Of a DNA stretch of 32,319 bases, positions 17,411-25,870 are shown one piece after another. A model generated the notes under the pieces. The model saw nothing but the letters and a program-made list of their open reading frames with translations. It searched no databases and was not told the DNA's origin. Within the stretch, counting starts at the first letter, position 1. The number at the start of each line of letters is the position of its first letter. A program made the position numbers and the translations under genes. This DNA comes from a virus. Its lineage: Duplodnaviria; Caudoviricetes. The DNA lies in the IMG/VR virus record IMGVR_UViG_3300035003_000005, positions 1 to 32,319 of that record. One strand, 5' to 3'.

Positions 17411-18106
17411 TCAGCTGGGCAGCGCGGTGTCCCCGACCTCCTCCAGCCGGCAGAGGCAGCGGAAGCGCAAGGCGACCAGCTGGTCGTAGAGCGGGTTGAT
17501 CTTGCACATCGGCGGGATGTGGACCAGCTTCCAGCCGAACAGCTTCACGTCGCGCTCAAAAGGGCACTGGGCGGGGATCAGCCGCACCAGGAAGCGGGCG
17601 ACCTCTGGATCGGAAGGCTCCAGCGCATCCATCCAGCGCCGCACAGCATCGAGACGCCCTGGGTGCTGATGGGTGTCACAGCAGACGTCACTGGAGCCAT
17701 CACGGATCATCGGCGTCTTGAGCAGGTCTTCGATCAAGCCCTGGCCCACCTGAAGCACTTCACTCCAGTGCCGCAGCCGTTCGCATTCGATCGCGCTGAG
17801 ATGGCCATCGGCCAGGGCCACCAGCACAGCGGAGCGCAGGAACTCCTCCGCAACGGGCGTGCCGACCCCGAAGCGGTGGACCACGGCCTCGTCGCCGGGA
17901 TGGTGCAGGTCGTCGAGGGTCAGACCAGGAAGATCCCTGGTCAGCTGCTCCGCCAGCAGCCGTTCCTCTGCAGGGGAGAAATCGCCGTCGGCAAGCGCCA
18001 GCTGGTGCAGCGCAGCGAGCCACAGTCGCCGACGCGCCGCCTTGGCGTCGAGGCCGTCGATGGCAACAGGGTGGCCCATGGGATGCGTAAGGCCGGTGAA
18101 GGACAT
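17411..18106 (-). CDS. TerB-like + Mo-dependent nitrogenase C-terminal domain (Mo-nitro_C) protein
   Basis: LALADGDFSPAEE and VALADGHLSAIE TerB-like motifs; IPAQCPFERD...IPPMCKINPLYDQLVALRFR; start 18106 or 18079. Confidence 0.85.
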   Translation of the reverse strand: MSFTGLTHPMGHPVAIDGLDAKAARRRLWLAALHQLALADGDFSPAEERLLAEQLTRDLPGLTLDDLHHPGDEAVVHRFGVGTPVAEEFLRSAVLVALADGHLSAIECERLRHWSEVLQVGQGLIEDLLKTPMIRDGSSDVCCDTHQHPGRLDAVRRWMDALEPSDPEVARFLVRLIPAQCPFERDVKLFGWKLVHIPPMCKINPLYDQLVALRFRCLCRLEEVGDTALPS

Positions 18107-18421
18107 CCGCCGCAAGTCAGGCGGTGAGGAGCGGCACGGCAGGCAGCCACCCGTCCCATTCTGAGCTCGCAAGGACGCTGACCCGCTGCAGGCGCCAGCT
18201 GGAGCAACCACGCGGGTCCTTGGCTGTCTGGGCGTTGTCCCAGCAGCCGGATCAGGTGCCCTCAGGCCTCGACGCAGAACGAGGCCAAGCGGAGCAATGG
18301 GCAAGCCCAGGCGTACCCCCCGGCCGAGCCGATCCGCCTGCCGCCTGGTAACTGCTGTTGAGCCCTGCCCCAGCGACTCCCCGCCCGGCCGCTGCTCGCG
18401 CCAGCCGTCCGCACGGAACCG

Positions 18422-19210
18422 ATGAGCGACCCGAGCACCGATCCGCCCGGCGGGCAGCGCGGACCTGACAACCAACCCGGGCTCCCAGGTGAGCCACCGC
18501 TGGAGCCCCCAGCCGGGGTGGTGGGGCCGCCGCCGGAACTACCGAGCCTGGGGCCCTTGCATCTGAGCCTTTCAGCCGATGGCCTGCTGTTGCTTGGCAT
18601 GGCCGCCTGGCTGCTCTGGCGCGCCTTCCTGCGCGACACCGTCATGGCCCGCATCGGCACCCTGCTTGGCACCCAGCAGGACAGCCGTTACATGGCCGAC
18701 CTCCTGGCCCAGGTGGGGGTGCTCACCGGCTCCAGCAGGGTGGCGCTCGGCAGCTTCTACAGCCCTGGGCTGACCAGCTACGGCTATGCCTTTTCTCGGG
18801 TGACGATCGTCAGCTCCTACGTCTCGTTGGGACGGCTGCCGCTGGCGCTGGAGTCGAAAGACCTGCCGATCGAGAGGATCCGCCAGGACCTGGAGGTCCT
18901 GATCGCCCATGGCGCCGACAGCTGGCACCTTGTGCGGCTCAGCAGCCTGCTGCCGGTGCCCTGCCAGGACTACCTGCAGCGCAACGGCATCACCTTCCTC
19001 TACGGGCGCCTGATCCTGCTGGAAGGCACCCCGATCGGCATCCTCAACATCCATTTCGACACGCCGCTGGCGGCCACAGATGTGCCGGAGGCACTCCCCC
19101 ACGGCGAGCTGCTGGAGGCGATCTACCGGGAGCTGAGCCGGCTGGTGCGGGGCAGGATGCTGCGCCCGTCGATCTGGCGGCGCCTGTTCAGCTTCTGGGC
19201 GGGGCGCTGA
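18422..19210 (+). CDS. Single-TM protein with GAF-like C-terminal domain (holin candidate)
   Basis: Pro-rich N-terminus, TM GLLLLGMAAWLLW, then SSRVALGSF...YLQRNGITFLY...PIGILNIHF. Confidence 0.65.
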   Translation: MSDPSTDPPGGQRGPDNQPGLPGEPPLEPPAGVVGPPPELPSLGPLHLSLSADGLLLLGMAAWLLWRAFLRDTVMARIGTLLGTQQDSRYMADLLAQVGVLTGSSRVALGSFYSPGLTSYGYAFSRVTIVSSYVSLGRLPLALESKDLPIERIRQDLEVLIAHGADSWHLVRLSSLLPVPCQDYLQRNGITFLYGRLILLEGTPIGILNIHFDTPLAATDVPEALPHGELLEAIYRELSRLVRGRMLRPSIWRRLFSFWAGR

Positions 19211-19783
19211 GCGTCAGGGCGCCGGATTGCACCAGCAGCCACAGCCGCCTTGCCTGCTGCTGCCGCCGCTCCAAGTGGGGCACACCGGGGCGGAAGTACC
19301 CCTGGCCCTTGGCGGCGGAGCCGGTCCAGTAGGCCGCTGCCGCCTCCGCATCCATCCCCGCTGGCCGCTGCTCGAACACCCGCGACCAGCCGATCAGCGA
19401 TCCTTCCGGCGGATCGTGCAGGCCGGCGTACTCCTCCGCGAAGTAGCGCTGCTGCCAGCCGCTGCTGTTGGGATCGATGCGCAGTGCGATCGCCTGCTGC
19501 CGGGCCCGCTCGTAGGCCACCCGGCGCGGCCCTGTGTACTGCATCGCACCGCGGCCCCTGCCGCTGCCGGCCTCCGTCACATCCAGCTGCTCGAGATCGG
19601 GCTGGCCGGTCTCCACGATCACGCAGGCCAGGAAGCCGCAGGCCTCCGCGGCACTGAGCGGGGCGATCTTCCAGGCGCTGGCCTTGGTGACCGCAGAGCT
19701 GGTGAGGAACTGGAGCCAGTGCTGCAGGTTGCTGAGGCCGGACTCCTGCTCAGGCCCTGGCCCCGGACCTGGCCCCGCCGCTA
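19188..19783 (-). CDS. Phage tail lysozyme-like domain without its own start codon
   Basis: EACGFLACVIVETG (putative catalytic Glu), GRGAMQYTGPRR, RVFEQRP; no in-frame ATG/GTG/TTG between the upstream stop and the domain. Confidence 0.65.
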
Positions 19784-20506
19784 CTTTTTTTCCTGGAACA
19801 CCCCCACATAGACGGTGCCCTGCTCGTACAGCGGCAGGATCCGCTCGCGCAGCACCACGTTGTGGACCCGCAGGCAGCCAAGGGTGGGCAGCAGCGTCTG
19901 CCGCGGCTCCCAGGCACCGGGCCAGCCGCAGCCGGTGCCGCCGCCATGGAGCATGATCCCGGCCCGGCCGAGCTTCTGCTCCTGGCCCTCCAGCTCGACC
20001 ATGTCGTAGCTGTACCAGCCATAGGCCATCAGGGTGGCGTCCCTCGGCGGGTTGGGGTTCTTCTCCCAGTCCCGATAGACCGTCCCCAGCTTGTAGAGCC
20101 CCGGCGGGGTGTCGGTGCCGGTGTGACGCCACTCGGTGTCGGTGCCCTGGCCCCGGGCCAGGGACGGTTCCCGCCACAGGAACTTGCCGGTGTGGTCGTA
20201 GGCCTCCATGTCCTGGTCACGGTCGTTGACCAGTAGGTAGGAATCGCCCGCTTTCACCGGTGCCGGGATCAACGGCCCGGCCAGGCCGGCCTCCTCGCTG
20301 CCGCGGGGATCGAGCGGCGGGAGTGCAGAGCTCACCGGCTGCGCGGGCTTCTCGCTGAAAGCGACAGCCCAGGGCGCCTCCTCGCGCAGGATCGCCTCTC
20401 CCCCCTTCAGCTGGCTGATGGCCTGGTGCAGCAGCAGCACGCCCCGCGCTTGTTGTTCTTGAGCCCTGAAGTGGAGGAAGCGGTCGAGGAACCGCTGGGG
20501 CGACAT
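19781..20506 (-). CDS. L,D-transpeptidase (YkuD) family protein
   Basis: DTPPGLY, IMLHGG...PTLGCLRVHN (His/Cys); ATG 20506. Confidence 0.85.
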   Translation of the reverse strand: MSPQRFLDRFLHFRAQEQQARGVLLLHQAISQLKGGEAILREEAPWAVAFSEKPAQPVSSALPPLDPRGSEEAGLAGPLIPAPVKAGDSYLLVNDRDQDMEAYDHTGKFLWREPSLARGQGTDTEWRHTGTDTPPGLYKLGTVYRDWEKNPNPPRDATLMAYGWYSYDMVELEGQEQKLGRAGIMLHGGGTGCGWPGAWEPRQTLLPTLGCLRVHNVVLRERILPLYEQGTVYVGVFQEKK

Positions 20507-20604
20507 CGTGGCCACGGCCTGAAAGCAGCTGCCTTCTGTTGCCAGAGCGAAAGAAAGGCCTGGCGGAGAGGACCGCCAGGCCGGGCCATTGAGGCCTGCG
20601 GGAC

Positions 20605-20802
20605 TCAATACGGCACTTCCTCAGGCCGGATCCAGGCCGGGCAGGAGGGCGGATTGGCTAGCTGCCGCTCCAGCAGCAGCGCATCGGCCAGCCCCCCCAA
20701 GCGCGGCAGGGGAGGACAGGTGGTGCAACAGATGAAGCTCAACCGCTCCAACGAGGCGGAGCTGTGGTGGGAGAGGGAGCGGATGCGGGCAGCGGTGGCC
20801 AT
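20605..20802 (-). CDS. Small hypothetical protein (65 aa)
   Basis: ATG lies at the same spacing from hairpin copy D as in the other copies. Confidence 0.45.
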   Translation of the reverse strand: MATAARIRSLSHHSSASLERLSFICCTTCPPLPRLGGLADALLLERQLANPPSCPAWIRPEEVPY

Positions 20803-20833
20803 GGCCGGCGCAGCGAAGGACGCCAGCGGTCAC

Positions 20834-20890
20834 GCGGGATGGGGTCAAGGGCGGCGAAGCCGCTCGCGTCAGCCCTTGAGGCCATCCCGC
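20834..20890 (-). promoter_or_regulatory. Hairpin leader, copy D
   Basis: tcaagggc 20845-20852 / gcccttga 20872-20879; outer gcgggatgg/ccatcccgc. Confidence 0.75.
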
Positions 20891-21018
20891 ACGATGAAGC
20901 GACCTGCGTGAGCCAGTCCCCCAGAGGGGCCAGGGCCTGGAAATCCCGGGAGCCCCCACTCCTGCTGCCAAGACAGCGCTCAGGCGGGGCCACCACGAGG
21001 GCGACTCCGCCCCGGCCA

Positions 21019-21543
21019 TCAGGCCCGGACAGCGGCAACCTGCAGGGCGCGCCGGCGCTGCAGGCTCTGCTGCACGATCTCGGCCTGGCCGGCGTGATCG
21101 CTGGCGCGGAAGTGCTGCAGCTCATCCCAAGGAAGCCCCTGCTCGAAGGCCTGATGGATCGGGCAACAGCGCTGCACCAGCGCCGAGCAGTGCTTCCACA
21201 GGATGCGCTTGGCATGGTGCGCCTCGCTCTCGCTGAGCGCCTCGTGTTGGCCCTCAGCCAGACGGCGGGACACGCCCACCGCTTTTCCGTGGATCACGGT
21301 GCCGCCCAGCAGCGGCCAGTGCAGGCTTTCCAGCTCGCGGGCCTTCGCCCAGGCGCCGCCGTGGGCGACCACGATCGGCCCGACCCGGGAGAAGGTGAGC
21401 GATTCTGGGCGGCAGAAACACAGCCAGCCGAGCAACTCAGAGCTGAGCACGGGCTCGGGTGGAACGTGAACCCCAATAGAGGTGCAGACGTGATCGCTGT
21501 GGGTGAGGGCCTTGCGCTGGATGAGCAGGATCTGGAGTGCCAT
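21019..21543 (-). CDS. Hypothetical protein (174 aa)
   Basis: ATG 21543 (MALQILLIQRK...), preceded by hairpin copy E. Confidence 0.6.
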   Translation of the reverse strand: MALQILLIQRKALTHSDHVCTSIGVHVPPEPVLSSELLGWLCFCRPESLTFSRVGPIVVAHGGAWAKARELESLHWPLLGGTVIHGKAVGVSRRLAEGQHEALSESEAHHAKRILWKHCSALVQRCCPIHQAFEQGLPWDELQHFRASDHAGQAEIVQQSLQRRRALQVAAVRA

Positions 21544-21574
21544 GAAGGGGGATGGCAGGCGGACCCGAGCGGAC

Positions 21575-21641
21575 CTGCGGCGCGGGCAAGGGTCGGCGGA
21601 GCGCAGCGGCGCCGACTTGCGCAGCCCTTGCACCGCCGCAG
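21575..21641 (-). promoter_or_regulatory. Hairpin leader, copy E
   Basis: gcaaggg 21586-21592 / cccttgc 21625-21631; outer ctgcggcg/cgccgcag. Confidence 0.75.
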
Positions 21642-21700
21642 ATCGTGAGGAAGGCCGCCGCCTGCCCCTTTCAAACCGGTTCCCGCAGGCGCCTTTCCCC

Positions 21701-21720
21701 TCCTGGCAATAGGTGGTGAC
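21701..21720 (+). promoter_or_regulatory. Candidate late-promoter motif CTGGCAATAG
   Basis: 17/20 identical to 16611-16630; related copies at 23722, 25834 and 20545 (minus strand). Confidence 0.5.
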
Positions 21721-21750
21721 GTTGCTGGAGCCCCTGCTCCCGGAGTGACC

Positions 21751-22650
21751 ATGGGCCTCACCCTCATCGAGGCGATGAAGCATGAGACGCGGGTCGATCG
21801 CCTCGCTGTCACCAAGACCTTCGCGGAAGGTGAGCTTCTACGCCGGCTGCCGTTCCGCAATCTCTCCGGCGGTGCCCTCAAGTACCCCAAGGAGATCAAG
21901 CTGCCCCGCGTCGGCTTCCGCGGTGTCAACGAGGGCTACCGCCGCAGCTACGGCGCCATCACCAACGAGACCGAGTTCGTCCATCTCTTCGGGGGGGACC
22001 TCGATGTGGACCGCTCGATCGTTGACATGAACGGCGCCGAGGCCAGAGCCAGCCAGACCGAGCAGAAGGTCCGCTCCATGCGCATGACGCTGGAGGCCGC
22101 GATCATCAACGGTGACGCCAGCTTCGATCCACGCGCCTTCAACGGCCTCAGCAAGCGGCTGGTGCCCGATGGGCCCCGCACCATCGACAACGACGGCGGC
22201 ACCGTCAAGCTCACCAGGCTCGAATCGCTGGTGGATTCGGTCAACGCCAATGGCGGTGAGAAGGTGCTGCTCACCAGCAAGGCAGGACGGCGCCAGATCA
22301 GTCACGCCAGCCGTGAGGCCGGCGGTGACCTCTACCAGGTGATCGACGGACGCCACTGGTTCGAGGACACCGAGATCCTCTGCGTGGATGAGGACGCCAA
22401 CGGCCATCCTGTGCTCGGCTTCGGGGAAGCCGGCAGCACCACCAGCTTCTACTGCTGCGCCTTCGGCGACGAGATGGTCACCGGTCTGCAGGGCCCCTTC
22501 GAGGGTCGCTACGGCATCTCCGTGCGCGACTTCGGCGAGGTCCCCGATGCCCCGGTCTTCCGCACCCGGGTGGATTGGTACGTCGGCTTCGCGGTCTGCA
22601 ACGACCGCTCCGTGGGCCGGCTGTTCAACATCGGCCCCGCCGTCAACTGA
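21751..22650 (+). CDS. Major capsid protein (HK97 fold, epsilon15 gp7-like)
   Basis: MGLTLIEA, LLRRLPF, LPRVGFRGVNEGY, FGGDLDVDR, INGD...FNGLSKRL, RTRVDWYVG; GGAG RBS. Confidence 0.85.
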   Translation: MGLTLIEAMKHETRVDRLAVTKTFAEGELLRRLPFRNLSGGALKYPKEIKLPRVGFRGVNEGYRRSYGAITNETEFVHLFGGDLDVDRSIVDMNGAEARASQTEQKVRSMRMTLEAAIINGDASFDPRAFNGLSKRLVPDGPRTIDNDGGTVKLTRLESLVDSVNANGGEKVLLTSKAGRRQISHASREAGGDLYQVIDGRHWFEDTEILCVDEDANGHPVLGFGEAGSTTSFYCCAFGDEMVTGLQGPFEGRYGISVRDFGEVPDAPVFRTRVDWYVGFAVCNDRSVGRLFNIGPAVN

Positions 22651-22712
22651 GCCCGCAACCCCAGACCCCTTTCCACGCCATTGCTGATCCCCCTTTTGCT
22701 GAGGACACGACC

Positions 22713-23138
22713 ATGAGCCGACCCATTGATGCCGCCGCCACCCTGGTGGGCTGGATCAATCACACCGCCACCGATCCGAACGAGCGCACCATTGCCGGCG
22801 GCACCACCGTGAAACTGAGCACGCCGCTCGATGCGGCCGATGTCTTCACCTTCGTGGCCTCCCATCCGGGCCATGCCGCTGCTGTCACCTTCACCCTGGA
22901 GGTGGCCCCCGAGCTGCTCAACGGGACCATGGGCACCTGGGTGCAGGCCGCCGAGGTGGCGATCCCCGCCGGCGGTGGGCGGGTCGAGGCGCCACTCAAC
23001 GGCGGCAACCTCGCCGTGGCACCAGCCGATGCTGACGACGTCGGCGCCTACAGCGTGGTCTTCGCGCGCTGCCTGATGACCAACCCCAGCGACGTGACCG
23101 TCGCTCCTGCCGGCGCCTATGCCGGCCTCACCTTCTGA
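22713..23138 (+). CDS. Putative capsid cement/decoration protein
   Basis: 141 aa, beta-rich, directly after the capsid gene; GAGGA RBS. Confidence 0.6.
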   Translation: MSRPIDAAATLVGWINHTATDPNERTIAGGTTVKLSTPLDAADVFTFVASHPGHAAAVTFTLEVAPELLNGTMGTWVQAAEVAIPAGGGRVEAPLNGGNLAVAPADADDVGAYSVVFARCLMTNPSDVTVAPAGAYAGLTF

Positions 23139-23148
23139 GGGCCGACCC

Positions 23149-23700
23149 ATGGCACCGATCGAGGACGGACTGGCGGCCCCCGCCGGGATGCTGCTGATCT
23201 CCAAGGAAGGCGAACAGGACCGGATCATCTACCCGGTCCACGCCGACGGCTGGCGCCGCCTGGGCTGGACGATTCACCCGCCCCAGCCGGAACTGGAGCT
23301 GGAGGACGACGAGCACGAGGAGGACGGGGAACCAGCCGCTCTGGAAGCAGAGGGCGACGAACTCCTGCCCGCTGGGTTGCTGCTGGAGACCGGCGGCCAG
23401 GACCACCAGGAGCGCCAGGACAAAGGGGCCAGCGAGAGGACTGCTGAACCGTTGGAGCTGGAGCGGCTGACCAAGCCCCAGATTGTCGCCGCCGTGCGTG
23501 AGCGCTTCGGGGTGCTGCTCGATGGCAGCCAGACCCGCGCTGAGCTGCTCGCCGCAGCGGAGGAGCTGCTGGACGCAGAGGTGCACGACGGCCAGATCAA
23601 GACCGAGAGCACCGGCCCGGGCAAGGGCATCGGCGAGGCGGAGGGCGAGGGCAACGGGCAGAGCGAGGGCGAGGAGCTGGTCCCCAGCCTCCTGATCTGA
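23149..23700 (+). CDS. Acidic protein with HeH/Rho-N-like motif
   Basis: LERLTKPQIVAAVRERFGVLLDGSQTRAELL; motif type often seen after phage head genes. Confidence 0.6.
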   Translation: MAPIEDGLAAPAGMLLISKEGEQDRIIYPVHADGWRRLGWTIHPPQPELELEDDEHEEDGEPAALEAEGDELLPAGLLLETGGQDHQERQDKGASERTAEPLELERLTKPQIVAAVRERFGVLLDGSQTRAELLAAAEELLDAEVHDGQIKTESTGPGKGIGEAEGEGNGQSEGEELVPSLLI

Positions 23701-23753
23701 GACCCGCCATGCGTTCTGCCGCTGGCAATGGTCAGTAGCCCGGTGCGTGAGCG

Positions 23754-24533
23754 ATGCCCTACCCGCTGCCCTCCACGCCACCGCAGAACGGCGATCGCCT
23801 CCGCCTGCTGCCACCCCTCGGCTGCCCCGGCCGGGGCGAGTGGGTGGTGCCCCATGAGGTGCCGCGCTGGCTGGCCATCGGCTTCCGCACCGCACCCGTT
23901 CCTGCCCTCGATCTGGAGCTCAGCTGGATGCCATCCCCGCGGCGTTGGGATGAACCGGCCCTCTCTCGCGCCGTGGCGCTGCTGGTGAACCCTCGGGCGC
24001 TGCCGCCGCAGCCGATCGAGATCACCTGGGGGGATGGCAGCAGCGAGACGGTGCCCTGGACGCCCTACGACCAGCGGATACCGGAACCCCGCCACCTCTA
24101 CACCGACATCGAGGATCACAGCGTCACCGTGCAGGTGGGACTCCTGGTCGCCACCCTTGAGGTGGCGCTGCACAGCTGCCCGCTCCCCATCACGTCACCG
24201 CGGGCCGGTGACGATCCGCCCCGCGTTGGTGTGGGCCTGGCCCTGGTGCCTGGTGCCGGCCTGAGCGGCAACGCCTTCGATGGCAGCCGCAACGAGCAGT
24301 GGCAGCTGCGCCTCCATCCGCAGGGCGGCCTCGGGCTGCTGCCCAGCCCCGTCGACGGCCAGCCGGCGCTGGTGGCGATGCACGGCTCCGGCGTGGCCAG
24401 CCGCGGCGTTCGCTGGTACTCGGGTGACGGTCCACCCACCTTGCAGTGGCACGAGGAGGTGCAGCCGCCGCCGGCGCCGGGGGATCTGTATCTGGATCGG
24501 CTCAGCGGCAGCATCTACGAGCTGGAGGTCTGA
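23754..24533 (+). CDS. Putative virion protein with PKD-like domain and fibre motif
   Basis: ITWGDGSSE..HLY PKD signature; C-terminal WYSGDGPP..GDLYLD. Confidence 0.65.
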   Translation: MPYPLPSTPPQNGDRLRLLPPLGCPGRGEWVVPHEVPRWLAIGFRTAPVPALDLELSWMPSPRRWDEPALSRAVALLVNPRALPPQPIEITWGDGSSETVPWTPYDQRIPEPRHLYTDIEDHSVTVQVGLLVATLEVALHSCPLPITSPRAGDDPPRVGVGLALVPGAGLSGNAFDGSRNEQWQLRLHPQGGLGLLPSPVDGQPALVAMHGSGVASRGVRWYSGDGPPTLQWHEEVQPPPAPGDLYLDRLSGSIYELEV

Positions 24534-24733
24534 TGAGCTGGACCCCCACCGGTGATTCGCTGCGCGGCCCCCCGGGCCCGTCGCCGAGCTGGGGCGCCAT
24601 CGGCGGCAGCCTCGGCGACCAGATCGACCTGCAGCAGGCCCTGGCCACCAAGCTCAACGCCTCGCGCCTCACCGTTGGCCCCACGCCGCCACCCGACCCA
24701 GCTCCTGGTGACCTCTGGATCGACACCACCTGA
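24533..24733 (+). CDS. Small fibre-module protein (66 aa)
   Basis: TGATG coupling; WGAIGGSLGDQIDLQQAL and PAPGDLWIDT fibre motifs. Confidence 0.65.
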   Translation: MSWTPTGDSLRGPPGPSPSWGAIGGSLGDQIDLQQALATKLNASRLTVGPTPPPDPAPGDLWIDTT

Positions 24734-24735
24734 CC

Positions 24736-25548
24736 ATGGCCATCACCTCCCGCGACCAGTTGATCGCCGCCCTGGCGAACTCCCGCCATTCCTTGTTCGA
24801 CAAGGCCTCGATCAGCAACGCCGTCGTCGGCCGCTTCTATTCCCTCTGGCGGGCGACGGGGCAGCCAGGCCAGGGCGCCATCCCCACCGCGCCGGCGGCC
24901 TGCACCAACGCCCTGTTGGGCTCGTTGAACTACCTGCCCCAGCCGCAGCCTTCCAGCAACTACATCGGCTGGGTGGATGTGGCCACCAGCCTCGCGACCG
25001 GCAGCCTGGAGATTCACGACCGCCTCTGCCACCAGGGCGGACTGGTGGGGAACCTCAACACCCTCCAGAGCACCAACCTGCCGCTCTCCCTGGCCGGCGT
25101 TGCGGCAGAGCGGATCGGCCTTGGGGATTTCAGCCAGCTGCAGTGGTGGCTGGAGTGGTACGCCGACACCGGCTCCACGGCCGTCACCGCCAACGTGAGC
25201 GTGGTCTGCGAGGACGACAGCACCCAGGTGGTGGCGGTGCCGCTGGTCGCCACCAGCCGCGCCTCGGGGCTCTACCAGATCCTGCCGCCGCAGGGCAGAA
25301 CCGGCATCAAGGCGGTCAACAGTGTCCAGCTCAGTGCCACCAGCGGCACCGCCGGCAACTTCGGTGTCACCTGCAGCCGCTACCGCGCCGGGTTCTTCAC
25401 GGTGGTGGCGAACAAGGCGGAGGTGTTCGACTGGGCCGCCCTTGGCCTGCCGGATCTCCACAGCGACGCCTGCCTCTGCCTCATCCAGCTCTGCACCGCC
25501 ACCACCACGGGCATCTCCAAAGGTGTAGCCCGCTTCATCGCCGGTTGA
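24736..25548 (+). CDS. Putative virion structural protein (270 aa)
   Basis: MAITSRDQLIAA start, Ala/Thr/Gly/Ser-rich, in operon. Confidence 0.7.
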   Translation: MAITSRDQLIAALANSRHSLFDKASISNAVVGRFYSLWRATGQPGQGAIPTAPAACTNALLGSLNYLPQPQPSSNYIGWVDVATSLATGSLEIHDRLCHQGGLVGNLNTLQSTNLPLSLAGVAAERIGLGDFSQLQWWLEWYADTGSTAVTANVSVVCEDDSTQVVAVPLVATSRASGLYQILPPQGRTGIKAVNSVQLSATSGTAGNFGVTCSRYRAGFFTVVANKAEVFDWAALGLPDLHSDACLCLIQLCTATTTGISKGVARFIAG

Positions 25549-25551
25549 GCC

Positions 25552-25800
25552 ATGGCCCGCCATGAGCGCGACGCCCGCCCTCCCTTCCCGGGTGGCTCCG
25601 ATCGCTGGGACCGGGGCCCGGCCGGTGACCTCATCACGGCTGACTTCTTCTCGCCTCAGCCGCCACCGCCAGCCGGGGGCGAGCTGCGCTTCTGGAGCGG
25701 CACCGACTGGCGTAGCCGGCCGGTGTTGGTGTGGACCGGCAGCACCTGGACGGCGAAACCCGCCCGCCGCTGGAGCGGCACCGCCTGGCTGCTCACCTGA
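25552..25800 (+). CDS. Small protein with WxGxxW repeats
   Basis: WSGTDW, WTGSTW, WSGTAW. Confidence 0.6.
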   Translation: MARHERDARPPFPGGSDRWDRGPAGDLITADFFSPQPPPPAGGELRFWSGTDWRSRPVLVWTGSTWTAKPARRWSGTAWLLT

Positions 25801-25870
25801 GCGGTAAGTGCGGCCTCCGCTGGCCCTGCGGGGCTGGCAATAGAGGGCAGGCACGTCCTGCTTTCGCCCC

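Noticed and set aside
17411-18106. Evidence of nitrogen fixation
   Set aside because: The Mo-nitro_C name is misleading; no nif genes present
19784-20177. N-terminal part of the 329-aa ORF 19188-20177
   Set aside because: Alternate frame overlapping the YkuD gene; only the part after the slippery site is protein-like
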